DNA of 63,833 nt from Eledone cirrhosa. Lineage: Eukaryota. Position 1 is the stretch's first letter, and each line of letters starts with the position of its first letter. Made by a program: the position numbers and the translations under genes. The notes beneath the pieces were generated by a model that saw only the letters and a program-made list of their open reading frames with translations, had not been told where the DNA came from and did not search any database. Below are positions 13,086-25,790 of the stretch, one piece after another. Where the stretch lies: positions 108,934,001 to 108,997,833 of the forward strand of contig OZ024742.1 of assembly GCA_964016885.1 (NCBI GenBank), read 5' to 3'.

Positions 13086-14185
13086 GAACTATTTCCGGGT
13101 GTTTGGATAGTGTCTGTCAGCTAAATCCATCGATGGAGGCTTTGATGGTTGAATTATTTCAGGAACAATGGGCTGAGTGGTGGTGGAGTATTGGGGAGGT
13201 ATTTTTTAAAAAGATTTTTGTTTTACAATTTTTTTTAGTTTCCCTCCTAATTCCTCTTCTTTAGTTCAATTTCATCCTTGTAACTCAGTCTTCCTTCTCC
13301 CCCACCTTCTTCTCTACTTCCTTCTCCTCATCATACTAAATATAAATATGGGGGGGGGGGGGGGTTACGTATGTAATGTAGTGAATAGACCTATTGTTCA
13401 GGGTGTCAGTGTACTTGGCCTTGTAGTTAGGGTGTTGGACTCACACTCATAAGGTTGTGGGTTCATTTCCTAGACTGAGTTGCTTATTATGTTCTTGAAC
13501 AAGATGCTCCATTCATGTTGCTTTTCATCATAAGACTGAGGCTCATATCATTAAAACACTTAAGGAATTATAAGATACAGCTTCGTAGGAGACCAAGTAA
13601 ATCCTACATAGGTGTGAGCTGTACCAACAACAAATGAGCTGCAACCTTATAGGAAGCCAGCTTACTCTACATAGGTGTGAGCTGTAAATTTAATTTCAAT
13701 TAAGGAGTTTACCTTTTGGATGAGGAGTTGTTAGTTAATATCTGACCTCTGGTATATTGCTGTATTTTCTTTTGAATTACCTTACACTATGTGGCATGGT
13801 TGGTAAGTAAACAGAAATATTGTAGGGCAGTGAGAACTCTTTAGTCATGTCAAGGACATGGCAGCTTCTCTACTGCTGGTGCTATGATAAAATGCATTAG
13901 AAACCATGCGAAACATTTCTCTGACCCATCTAGTCTCAGACTGTGATAACCAACACTAACTCATGCCAGCAGAGAAAACAGGTGTAAAATATTGAAAGTT
14001 TTAGGTGGGTAGGGTTATTATTTATATGGAATAATATGTATGTATGGACATGTAACTTCTGATGGAGTTGCAGAGTTGCTGTAGTGACATAGAGCATGTT
14101 TTGGGCATTTCTAAAACCAAGCAGAGCTCATCCTCATTCTATGTGTGGAAACAGCCAATTCTTTTTCAGACAAGGTGAGAGTGAG

Positions 14186-14238
<53 letters not shown>

Positions 14239-14416
14239 GAGAAGTGAGAAAGATATAGAGTAATAATCAGCCCAGTACTGAACTGGTACTTTTTTATTTA
14301 CCTCAAAAGGATGAAAAGCAAAGTTGACCTTGCAGAAAGCCAGAGCAAATACCACAAATCATCCTATCTAATGTTTTAACAACTCTGACAATCTTGTTAT
14401 ATGGAATTAAGGAAGG

Positions 14417-14461
<45 letters not shown>

Positions 14462-16151
14462 GTTTCTACTTTTTGGTACAAGGCCAGCAATTACCCAGTG
14501 CATTACTGGTAATTTATTTGTGAGTGTGTGTGTGTGAGAGAGAAAGAGGGGGAAAGAGATACTGACTTACTAATGAGGTATTTAAGAATGTGTTGTTGGT
14601 TTCTACTCTGTGCTGCCACTTCTGTGATAGAATTATTGTCTCTTACTTTAGAATCTGAACCAGACTGTGTTAGTGTCACTCTTACCACAGACCAGTCAAA
14701 GTGGAGCTTTTAACTAGAAAATGATGACAGATAGAAAAGAATTTTGAAGCTAAGAAATGCATTTTTGACAATTCATTTGTATATTTACAAAAGTGATGAT
14801 AAACTTAGAAGTAGAATATACATCTTTGAAAAACGAAAAATTAAATTGATAAATAAATCAATAGAGAAACAAGGAAATGCAATTTGTTACTTTAAAAGCA
14901 AGAAAACAAGCAGTTTTAGATATTTTTTTTTGTTTTTCACGTTAAAGCTAGCAATTGATTTCAAACTAGATGGAAGATTGTGGAAGAAGAAGGAGCCTAT
15001 ACTTCAGTGTCAACCTTATTCTTGGCTGATCTTATTTCCTTGCTTTAACTTATTTACTTAATCCTACTAAATACTAATGCCTTGGGAGGGAAATTTGGTA
15101 GACGGAAACTGCAGAAATCTGTCATCATCATCATCATTTTAACATCAGTTAAATGTTCCTGATGACAGGGGTTGACCATGTGGTTACAGACCAGAGCTAC
15201 TATTTTCACTTATGTGCATTCTGATTTTGGCAGGGTTTCTACAGCTGGATGCCCTTCTTATCATTAACTTCTTTACAAAGTACTACATGAATTTTATTGT
15301 GGCTATAGATGTTATCATGACCTTGACACAGCTGAAGAATCCTTCCAAAACTGTTTGGCATACTTTTTATGGTTGGATGCCCTTCTTACACTAACCACTA
15401 ACCAGTGTACAGCATGCATTATATCAGGGTAGCAGCCCTTGACTCACAGTTGCTGTGTGTATATTTGTTTCTCATGTTGCTTATTCACTAGTAGCTATAG
15501 CTTTGTAAGCTACTGATGCAACTATAAACCCTGTACCATCCTAATATCGAAACCAGTTTTCGTAATCTATATGGGTGGCTGAAGAGATGAGCATGATTTC
15601 CTATGTTGTCTCATATGTATTTGTGTCCTCATTGTGCTATAATGCAATTCACTAATATAACCACTCTGCATCATACCATGTATTGAATACTTCTCTGATT
15701 TGTGGTTTTCCTGGTCCCCATACCAGAGACTATCAATATATATAGATATATATAGACATAGATATAATGAAGTTATCAGTATACAAAAAAATTGCTGACC
15801 AGATAACACCTTAATGTATTGGCACTAAAATTTCCGAAACAGAGGTAACACACAAAACACCATTATCGGTACACCTTGAATAAAAAAAAACAAAAAAAAA
15901 AACATAGCACATACAATCAGAACAACGAAATATTACTTACTTTATATTAACAATACATTCTTCTATAGTTCATCATCATTTTTACATCGATTTTTCCATG
16001 CTTTAAAATAAAGAAACCTTATAAACATCTCATTCTAGGGGTAAACTTCTTGTCAAGCAACCTAAATCTAGAGAGCTTAACAAATTTTTCCCCTTACTGC
16101 TGTTTCTCAAGCTTAAATAAGAAAATCTGCCATCTTATTCAATGCGCAATC

Positions 16152-16360
16152 TTATGTGATGCGCATGAACAATAATCGTTGGGTGAAGGAGTACCAGAAA
16201 ATGCCAGTGGAAGGAAGCCACAATAGAGGAAGACCAAGAAAGATCTGGGCAGAGATTGTGAGAGCTGACCTCAAATCACTGAAACTCACTGAGGCGATGA
16301 CCGGATCGCGGCGTGGGGAGAGATGCCATGCTGAGAAGGACCCATCCAACCCATGATGAT
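16152..16360 (+). mobile_element. RTE LINE 3' end fragment
   Basis: VMRMNNNRWVK...RGRPRKIWAEIVRADL followed by a (GAT)n tail. Confidence 0.75.
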
Positions 16361-16422
16361 GTTCTACTGTGATCTTCCCTTTGGTCAATTCTGAGCCTTA
16401 TTTGAGATAGTTCTATATTTGC

Positions 16423-16453
<31 letters not shown>

Positions 16454-16989
16454 TCCTGGGGCGAGATGTCACCAGTGTAACCATATGCCTTACCAGTTGG
16501 AGGGAAACATGGAGGTACCATAGCACCTTGAGCAGAAGAGTGTGCTGTATGGAAAGGCCAATGGTCGGTATGAAATTGTGTTGGGCATACCACTTAAGGG
16601 CAGATGAGGGCTAATTCCTATGGCTTGGAATAGATGCCCCAATGACCAGTATGCCTATGTGAGCCCCAGCTTGGTCGGCCCACTGACCGCCTCATATGTC
16701 CATACATGGTGATATGTGTCTCTATCTAAGTCCATGCCAAGTCATGACACATGAGGATTGTAAGTACAGAAGAGAGTCACTTACTTGCTCGCAGATCTGA
16801 GGCCTGTTCCCTCATACTGTGAAATTACTAACCCACTACTAACTCTCATGGAACAACAATTACTACTACTTGTCGGTGAGCCATGTCTCTGCAACATTCT
16901 TAAAAATATGATGAGCCGTGGGGAAAACCAAAAGGACCCCATTGTTCTGATTTGCACAGGCAAGCTCACAAGCTTGCAAAGCAAGTAAA

Positions 16990-18720
16990 GACTGCCTCTT
17001 GGAATGCGAGAACGATGTCTGACACCATGCCATTCAAGCGCCAGGCTCTAGAATGAATGTCTGTACTAATAGCCATAGAACTGAAGCATTTTAACATTGA
17101 CGTAGTCTGCTTCAGTGAATGCCTTATCTCTGAGGAAGGTGAGTTTCTGGATGGGGATTACGCCTTCCTCCACTCAGGAAAACCAAACGACCTACCTAGA
17201 CTTGAAGGTGTAGCTATTGCACTCATGACCACTCTGAGACGATTAGTTGTATCCAACTCAAGAATTATGTCCTTGCGCATAAATGTCAGCAATGCCGGCT
17301 ATGCCTCAGTTATCAGTGTCTGTACACCAACTATCAAATGACCATTAGAGGAAAAGACTTTATTCTATGGTCATTTCTCTGATGTATTGTCAGCAGTTCT
17401 TAAGGATGTCTAGTTATTTCTGCTTGGGGACTTCAATGCCAGGATTACTGCTGCTTGAACTCTGTACCTGCTTAGGCCTTGCCATCAGCAATATGATATT
17501 CTGCTATCCTAATATTTATTAGGGCACATTAAAGCACCCCAGATGACAAAGTTGGCATCAGACTTCATTATTGCATGGCAGCACTACAAATCTGATCTGC
17601 TGGCTCTTCTGTTTGACACAGTGCTGATTGTTGAACTGACCATCAAAAGGTCTGTGCTAGGCTAAAGTTACGCTTCCATATGTCTGTCCAAAAGAGACGC
17701 AACACTGGTACCAAATGACTTAACACCAATCGTCTGAAAGTTCCAGAAATAAGAGTGCAAATCTGTCAGAATATCACCAATTTGAACCAAGTCAAAACAA
17801 CCTCCTTAGACCAACATTGGCAGTTTTTAAAAGACGTTCTGTATGAAACAACAAGGGAGTGTTGGCTTGCAAAAAAGATGTCATAAAGGCTGGTTCGATG
17901 AGAACAACCTCATCATTATAGACCTGTTAAAACAGAAATGTGATAGCTTTCAGACAATTCTTAGAGATAATTCTTTGTGAAACAGAACTGCTAGAAACAA
18001 ATGTCAAACCGAGTTGTGCCATATGCAGAACCAGTTACGGCTTGACTGCACCTAAAATTGAACAACAAGTAGAATGCCATGATCCAAGGAGTTTGCTGTA
18101 AAATTTATCAGGCAGTGTTGATCATCGGAGCTGACACTCATCAATGATTCGGCTGGCAACAAAATCACGGAGAAGGATGACATCCTCAAGCATTGGAAGG
18201 AACATTTCAGCATACTGCTAAACCAGCCAAATAGCACCAACCTGAATATACTTGAAGATATTTCTCAGGGGAGCTTCCAACAGAATTGGAAAATCGACCA
18301 ACAATTGAGGAGCTCTCAAAAGTTCTTAAACAGCTCTCTTGCAAAAAAGCTCCTGGATGAGACTGCATTCCATCAGAAGTCCTGAAAGCAGGTGACCATG
18401 ATCTTGAACAAGAACTGATGAAATTTCTCTATTCTATTTGGTAGGAAGAATGGATGCCCCAAGATTTCAAGGATGGAAACATTATTTCTCTTTATAAAAA
18501 GAATTGTTGCTTCACTTATGAGAACCACTGAGGCATCACTCTGTTAGCAAAGAAACACTTCAACTGAATCTGGCCAACTGTTGAGAAATTCCTTCCAGAA
18601 GCACGGATTCAGGGGAAACAGGTCGACCAATGATATGATGATGTTCGCCTTATATTAGCTTCTTGAGATGTGCCGTAAAGGCCCATAACTTTATGCTGTG
18701 AAGCATGTTGTCTGATGCTC
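16990..18720 (+). mobile_element. old RTE (BovB-like) LINE, APE-to-RT region, heavily decayed
   Basis: ELKHFNIDVVCFSE...FLHSGKP...GVAIAL...SRIMSLRI...VISVCTPT (APE domain), then LLGDFNAR, WKEHFSILLN and KAPG remnants. Confidence 0.75.
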
Positions 18721-19229
18721 TACCAATACTTCCAATCCACTAAGAAGATATATATGTTCTTTAGAGAATATGTGATTCGGTGTCTCTCTACTATCCCAGC
18801 CACCAGAAGATCGAGCATCTAGAGTACCCTGTCAGCTACTGGTGCCTGAGGTCCTTTATCCATTTGATGCTGATGGATGTCAGAATAATAGAGTTTAATA
18901 ATAGTACTAATGTCTGATGGTCTTGTGATTATATATACATAACAGCTACCAGGTAGCTAAGAGAGAATCTAGACGACAGGTATACACAGCTCGGAGAGAG
19001 ACTGAAAAATAAGTTTGCCAATGTCTTGAGATGTGAGGATAGGGATGTGAAGTGTTCCACAGTGTGTCGGTGTAAATCGGGATGTTGGGGAAAAGTGTGT
19101 TAGAAATTATACTGGTAAATTTAGCACCACTGATATTCAAAAGAAAGAGGCCTGGAAATGTTACTATGAGAGACTAATGAATGGAAAGAATGAATGCAAG
19201 GAAGAGAGACTACCTGCAACTTAATCAAC

Positions 19230-20605
19230 AGAAGGACCAGCTATTGAAGTTTACAGAGTTTCCAGTTATTGGGTCAAAGAAGCAAGCAAAGAGATGAAGA
19301 ATGGTAAAGCTGTAGGACTGCCAGAGATAGTTATTGAGATGCTAAAAGCATCAGGAAACATAGGTGTCAAACTAGTAACCCACGTAGTCAACTAGGTTAT
19401 ACAAGGGCAAAGGTGATGCTCTAGAAAGGAGCAACTATAGAGGAATAAAACTAATGGACCAAGTTACAAAAGTGATACAAAGAGTTCTAGCACAACTAAT
19501 TAGGGAAAAAGTCAAATTAGAGGAGATGCAGTTTGGTTTCATGCCTGGGAAAAGTACTACAGATGCCCTCTTTCTAGTGAAGCAACTACAAAAGAAGTTT
19601 CTAGAAAAGAATAAGCTGCTATATTTAGCTATTGTTGATCTAGAAAAGGCTTTCGGCAGAGTGCCTTGATCTGGTAGTCCTTAAAGAAATTAAGTGTAGA
19701 TGAATGGCTCATGAGAGCAGTGCAAGCTATATACAGAGGAGCTGGCAGTAAAGTAGGAAGTTAGTATAGTGAGGAATTCAAGGTACAGGTAGGAGTTCAG
19801 CATTTACTTTTCAACCTACTGCTGTTCATCATAGTTCTCCAGGCCATAACAGAGGAGTTTAGAATTGGCTGTCCATGGGAAAGTTTCTATGCAGGTGATC
19901 TGGTCCTTATAACTGAATACATAATAAAACTAGAGAATAAGTTCTGACTATGGAAACAGTATTTGGAATCAAAAGGCCTGAGCGTAAACTTAGCCAAAAC
20001 TAAAGTGTTAGTAAGTAAGAAAGAAGATAGGACCCTGATTCTTCAGGGAAGTGGCCTTGCTCAGTATGTAGAAAAGGAGTAGGCATAAATTCCATATGAT
20101 GTACATGATATAAATCTTGGGTACACAAGAGATGTAGTGGGATAACGGGTAGACTAACAGGAAGGCAAGATATTGTATGTAAAAGATGGTCAGGACTGCA
20201 TAGGACATGCATAGGCTGGAGAGAAATGAAGCAACCATGCTTTGCTAGATGTGCAATGTTAATGTGAGAGAAAGGCAGAGCTTGGATTAACTGAAGGAAA
20301 AACTGGGCTTAAGAGGAGGAATCTGAAGAGGTATACAAGAAAGATGACTGCATTGGTATGGACATGTGATACACATGGATGATGATTACTAGGTGAAGAA
20401 GTACCAGGAAATATCTGGAAGAAAGCCACAGTAGAAAAAGACCTGGACAGAGGTTGTGAGAGCTGATCTCAGGTCAGTGAGACTCACACAGGAGATGATG
20501 AAGGAACATAGCATGTGGATAGATGCTATACCTTAAAGGATCTACCCAGCACATGCAAGTGTGGAAAAGTGGCCATAAAAACAATGATGATGGTGATGAT
20601 GATAA
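19230..20605 (+). mobile_element. RTE LINE, decayed
   Basis: NYRGIKLMDQVTKV...MQFGFMPGKSTTDALF...VDLEKAFGRVP; the 3' end has a (GAT)n tail. Confidence 0.85.
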
Positions 20606-20607
20606 TG

Positions 20608-20638
<31 letters not shown>

Positions 20639-20673
20639 TTCCTGAGTTATATGTATATATATACACACATATA

Positions 20674-21226
20674 TGGTCGGGTCGTTGGCGACTAAACTGG
20701 CAACCCCACCAAGGTTTCTTGGTGAGGAGGGTGACTTTGGACATCCTGCAGGACTAAAAACAAAACCTGTCAAAGGGCAAAGGAGCTCTTAAGAGTCAAT
20801 GGCCATCCAAAATCACTGGGAGAGATGACCCCTTAGCCTTTGTCAAGGCAGAATTCTAGGAGAAGGAAAACTCTGATATAACACCTGCAACCCTGATGGT
20901 ATCCAATGATGTTGACTTGTTCTTCTTTTTGGTAAATATCATCTTGGTTAAGAGAGTGGGACTGGCTTTGTGCAGTGCCTTTGCTCACTATAAAAGCTTC
21001 ACGGCACAGGCATTGCTTTATATCTGGAGATCTCTCTGCACTTGCCGTCACATGGTACCATGGGCCCAGCACTATGTGTCAATAATTGTCACAAGTGTAG
21101 TGTTTGTACCAGAGTTTTCAAGTCGCTGGCTGGACTAAAAAGTCACACTCGTTCAGCGCATCGGTAGGGGTTCTCCTACATGGATATAAAGTAGTGGCCG
21201 TACTCGAAAACGAGTTGGCAGCCACC
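20674..21226. repeat. unclassified interspersed element between TA tracts, possibly derived from an RTE 5' UTR
   Basis: Sharp TA-tract boundaries, a CTAGGAGAAGGAAAACTCTGA motif reminiscent of RTE 5' UTRs, and a terminal hairpin. Confidence 0.35.
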
Positions 21227-21679
21227 ATATATATGTATATATACATATATATGATGAGGATATATATAGTGAAGGTGTGTGTTTTATTGATCTTATGCAT
21301 GTTTAAGCATGTTGTGTAATTAGTTAAATCAAACTAATAAAAAGCTGGTATTTAATTCAGTGATCAACTCTTGCTAGCTCGGAAAGTGTACTTCAAATGA
21401 AGATGATGATGAGTCCCAGAGTATAAAAAACAAAATAACCATTCCAGGAGTTGAACTCAGAATGTTGTAATACAAAACTAGATATTGAATGGCCATTAGT
21501 TTAGCCTTCTTCCTTTACTGATATTCCAAAAATATTATTTTCTTATAATTATGATAATAATAATAATAATTAATATTCTGATTAATAAATGTTTTCTTTA
21601 GATTAATGACTGTAATTATAAATGTAATCTCATTACCATGGTGACAGAACATCTCTGGAGAATTTGTGCTGGTTGTGGT

Positions 21680-21695
21680 ATTACTACTGCTGCAC

Positions 21696-21746
<51 letters not shown>

Positions 21747-21790
21747 TTGCTGCTGCTACTACCGCACCACCATCACTACAACTACTAAGA
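21680..21790. repeat. (TAC)n microsatellite
   Basis: Directly visible. Confidence 0.95.
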
Positions 21791-21935
21791 TTTTCTTTTT
21801 TTTTTTTCAAGTAAAATCCATTATAATTTTATACAAGAACCTTTTGTTAAGTTGTGTTACAAATACCATCTTAATAATGAAATAATTAATAATTTAAGTA
21901 AATCCCACCTAATTCTTCAGAAAAAAAAAAAAAAG

Positions 21936-22090
21936 TGCAGGCATAACTTTGTGGTTCAGATGTTTGCTTTGTAACCACATGGTGTTGGTTCAGTCACACT
22001 GTGCAGCACTTTGGACAAGGGTCCTATTATAATTTCAGGGTGACCGGTGCTTTATGAGTGGAATTTCATAGATGGAAATTACAGAACCTC
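21936..22090 (+). mobile_element. decayed tRNA-derived SINE (second family)
   Basis: GTGGTT...AACCACATGG...GGTTCAGTC head followed by GAGTGGAATTT..AGATGGAAA; resembles cephalopod SINE heads as I recall them. Confidence 0.5.
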
Positions 22091-22721
22091 CTCCCTCTCT
22101 CTCTCTCTCTCCCTCTCTCTATCTCTCTCTCTGTCTTTCATACACACACACACACACACACAAATTGTATGGAAACACTGGCACATACTTGTGTATCTGA
22201 TTAGGAACAGCTACATCGTATCCCTGTATGTTATAAGAAGTAACTAAAAGGATTGATGTCAGGAACAACATCCGACTTAAAACATTGCCTGAAAAAGTCC
22301 CATCTAACCTATGCTAGCATGAACAGATGATATAAAAATGATGATGATCATCACCATCATTTTCTTTGCTAATATATATATATGCGTGTGTGCGTGTGTG
22401 TGTGTCCATGCCTATTTTTACATTTATGTCTGTGTTTATGTCTCATAACTTAGTGGTTCAAGTAAAAAGAAACCGGAAGAATAAATACTAGACTTTAAAA
22501 AAAAGAAGACATGTCATGACTTAAGGCAGTGTGAATTTGATTGATTTTGTAAATTTAGATTTGAAATTTTCCTTATCTGAATTCCCTCCTATTTTACATA
22601 TGTTCTTTAAGTACATGCTGTAAAACACTTATTACATTATTTTGCCCACAAGATCTAATGATGTCAATTTTCTGTTGCTATTCAGAATGTAAAAGTAGAA
22701 ATTACATATAACAGACTTCTG

Positions 22722-22755
<34 letters not shown>

Positions 22756-22899
22756 AGTTTGCAAACATTTTAGTTTCCTACATTTACTTTATTGATGCAA
22801 AATCTTCAATTGGTCCAGTGCCATCAATAATGATGGCAATAGCATCATATATTTTTGGAGTCCATGATTGGTATAACATATATACCAGGATTATTAGAT

Positions 22900-23167
22900 A
22901 TAAGTGGTCGTGGAGGTGCCACGGCAAAAAAAAGCACACAGCCCACACTGTAAAGTGGACGTGTAGGCGCCACGGGAAAAAAGCACCCAGCACTCACTGT
23001 AAATGAGGTTGGTGTTAGGAAGGGCATCCAGCTGTAGAAATCAAGCAAGAATCAGTTCCCGTATGAGCAAGACAAGGTCAGCCAACCTCACACTGCCCTC
23101 AACAGGACAATCCATCTAACCCATGCTAGCATGGAAGAATGGATATGAAACGGTGACGATGATGATG
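22900..23167 (+). mobile_element. RTE LINE 3' UTR and tail
   Basis: Near-identical to 43040-43305; GGTTGGTGTTAGGAAGGGCATCCAGC motif and (GAT)n tail. Confidence 0.85.
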
Positions 23168-24049
23168 AACAAAAATACAAACTGGGAATTCTTCATTTTG
23201 ATAAATTAATGATCTCCATAAGAGATACCCTATAGGTTATGTTGATTACTAACACATGGAAGTGATTAAATATAAGAATAGTATTTTAATTTATTTCTAG
23301 GATATAATTACATAAATATTTAGTATATATGTACAAATGACATGCAGCATTAACTGTACGAGTAACTTTGGAGAAATAATTTTTACAGGTACGAATGTAG
23401 AGTTGAAACCCAGGAGGTTGTGATTGGAAAGTGAACTTCTTATTGTAGGAACATTACTGAGATAACAAATGCATTGTATATAAGTGTGTGCACATTTTAA
23501 AGAGTTACAAACAAAATCACATGGCATACTATTATATTTGATTTTTACCTACAAGATATGATGAGGTCAATTTTCTGATAAAAATAGAAGTTGCATCTAA
23601 CCAATTTTTGATGTATATATATCTGTGAGCATTATGTAGTTCCCTACAGGTTCTTTCTTGATGTATATTCTTTACCAATATCATTAATTCTCTTTGATAA
23701 GACATGAACACACAGCATCCTATTTATCATTCTATTGAGACTCACAAGTTCCATATCACTTGGCTCAAAAAGAAACCAACTTTCTTTTCAAAGTTCTTTA
23801 TATTTCTTCCCACGTATCATGTAGTTCTCCCCTCACCTCCCCATTTATTTCATTTACAGATGACATCATTATCAAAACTTTACATTTCTCACTCTAAGCA
23901 TGGTGTCATAGTTTTGTTTACCATTTTAATACTGTCAGCATTGTTGTTGTTACTTTGTCATGCAGTGTAGATGGAACATGCACTGGAGTATTTAGTCATT
24001 TGTTATGTCACAACAAGGACCTCAGACAGATAATACTTTCCTTAAAATG

Positions 24050-25790
24050 TGCAGAGTGCCTAGATACCAATCTTGCATGGTATCGCCAACCACTTTAATC
24101 AGTCTTGGAGTTTCAATGGAATTGATTCTAATGCCCTGATCACAACTGGTATCACTTTCACATCTCCCTTTTGCATTCCAAACAGTCTTGCTATCTCCAC
24201 TTTCATTTTGGAGTACTTGGTGATTGTTTCAATCTCCTTACTCACAAAATTCATGTCATTTGATATGGCTATGTCAATGATCTGACAGTATATGTCTTTC
24301 TTGTTCAATATGACAATGTTCATTTGACACTGCTTACTATAAGTTTGAAAATCAGAATCCCAGAATACTGTTGCTTTCCCCTCCTCCCACATTACTTTAC
24401 AAGACACATGCTCATACCAATTCTCTATTACTTTGTATTGGTATTTATGACATAACAGCCAATGAAAGTACAAACAGACTTTATCATGGCAACATTTGTA
24501 TTTTTTTCTGCACTTATCAAGTGGGTTACATTTTTTACATTTGTTTCACAGACTCTTCATGTCTGAGTGTCAGAAGTTTTGTAGATGATATTCTTCACCT
24601 AATTCGTAACACAAGCTAGTCTTGTGCTGCAATTATAAAGCTTTCAGTGGTACACTTCAAATCGCCTTACTTAAGCCATATCCATGATGTTATTTTAACC
24701 TTGATATCCTGCATATTTTTTTCAAACTGCCTATGCATTCTCATTTCCAGATCTTTCCTTACCAACCATTTTATTTGCATTTATACCCATATATTCTACT
24801 ACATATTACAACTGTTTACTGAATATTCTGCAAGCATTCTCCTTTCACATACATTAATCCACACTGATGAAACCTCTACCACCATTCATTCTCTTCATGT
24901 ACAATTTATTTATATTTGCTTTAGGGTCTAAAGCTCTGTACAATGTCATTAACTTTCTCTTCTTTCTATCTATCCAACTTTGATATTTCTTCTTCAATCT
25001 ACCTGTGAATGGATGCCCTATATCTAACCATTGCAACTTCCCAGATATTTATTGCAGTGAGTAGATTTCTTGCAATCGGGTTGGATTCTAAAATCCTTTT
25101 TACTCTTTTTAAATATGTTTTTCTAACCTTTCCTTTCATTTCTGCATGTAAAATATCATCCAGTGCTAAAATCCTCAAATACTTGTTTCTACTATCTTCT
25201 GGTTCCCCTATAATTTCTTCTGTGGCAGCCATAATCCTATACAAGCTACTGTCTCCTCTCTTTTCATATTTAGAACAGAGCATTTGGAAATCCCAAATTT
25301 CATACTGATGTCACTGCTACATAGATGGACTGTTTTAACCAAAGAATTTATCTGATTTTCAGACTTCCTGTATAGTTTGAGGTCATCCATAACCATCCTC
25401 AGATGTACTAGGGTTCAATCTATAACCTTAGCAGCCCTCTCTGTCTTATCCTAGTTTCCCTGTTCCTGTTGTTCTCTCTGAGTTCAACTTTAGAAATAGC
25501 TTCAGTTCTACTCAAACCTCCATTTTTTGCTTATCTGCAGGTTCCCTTAAATGTTCTCTAATCCAAGATATTTCTACCTCAGTTAACCAACTCTTTCTAC
25601 TAATCACCTTCCCTAGGTCCGTTTCCATCCAAAAGTCAAACGTATTTTGCCCTACTCTACAGCTTCCTTCCAGTCTTGTACTTTCATGACATTCAATGAT
25701 TGTAATACACTCTTCGTCCACTTGAATCTAGCTACATGCACATTTTTTGTGTGCTCTGTTGCTTGGTAACAACCGTCCAGGGCCAGATAT
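24050..25790 (-). mobile_element. R4/Dong-like RLE non-LTR retrotransposon, old copy
   Basis: MDDLKLYRKS...MKFGISKC, YLKRVKRILES.P.ARNLLTAINIW, KLYMKRMNGGRGFIS, IIDIAI...KYSKMKVEIARLF; N-terminal remnant RKSWLTEVEI at 25512-25730. Confidence 0.75.
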
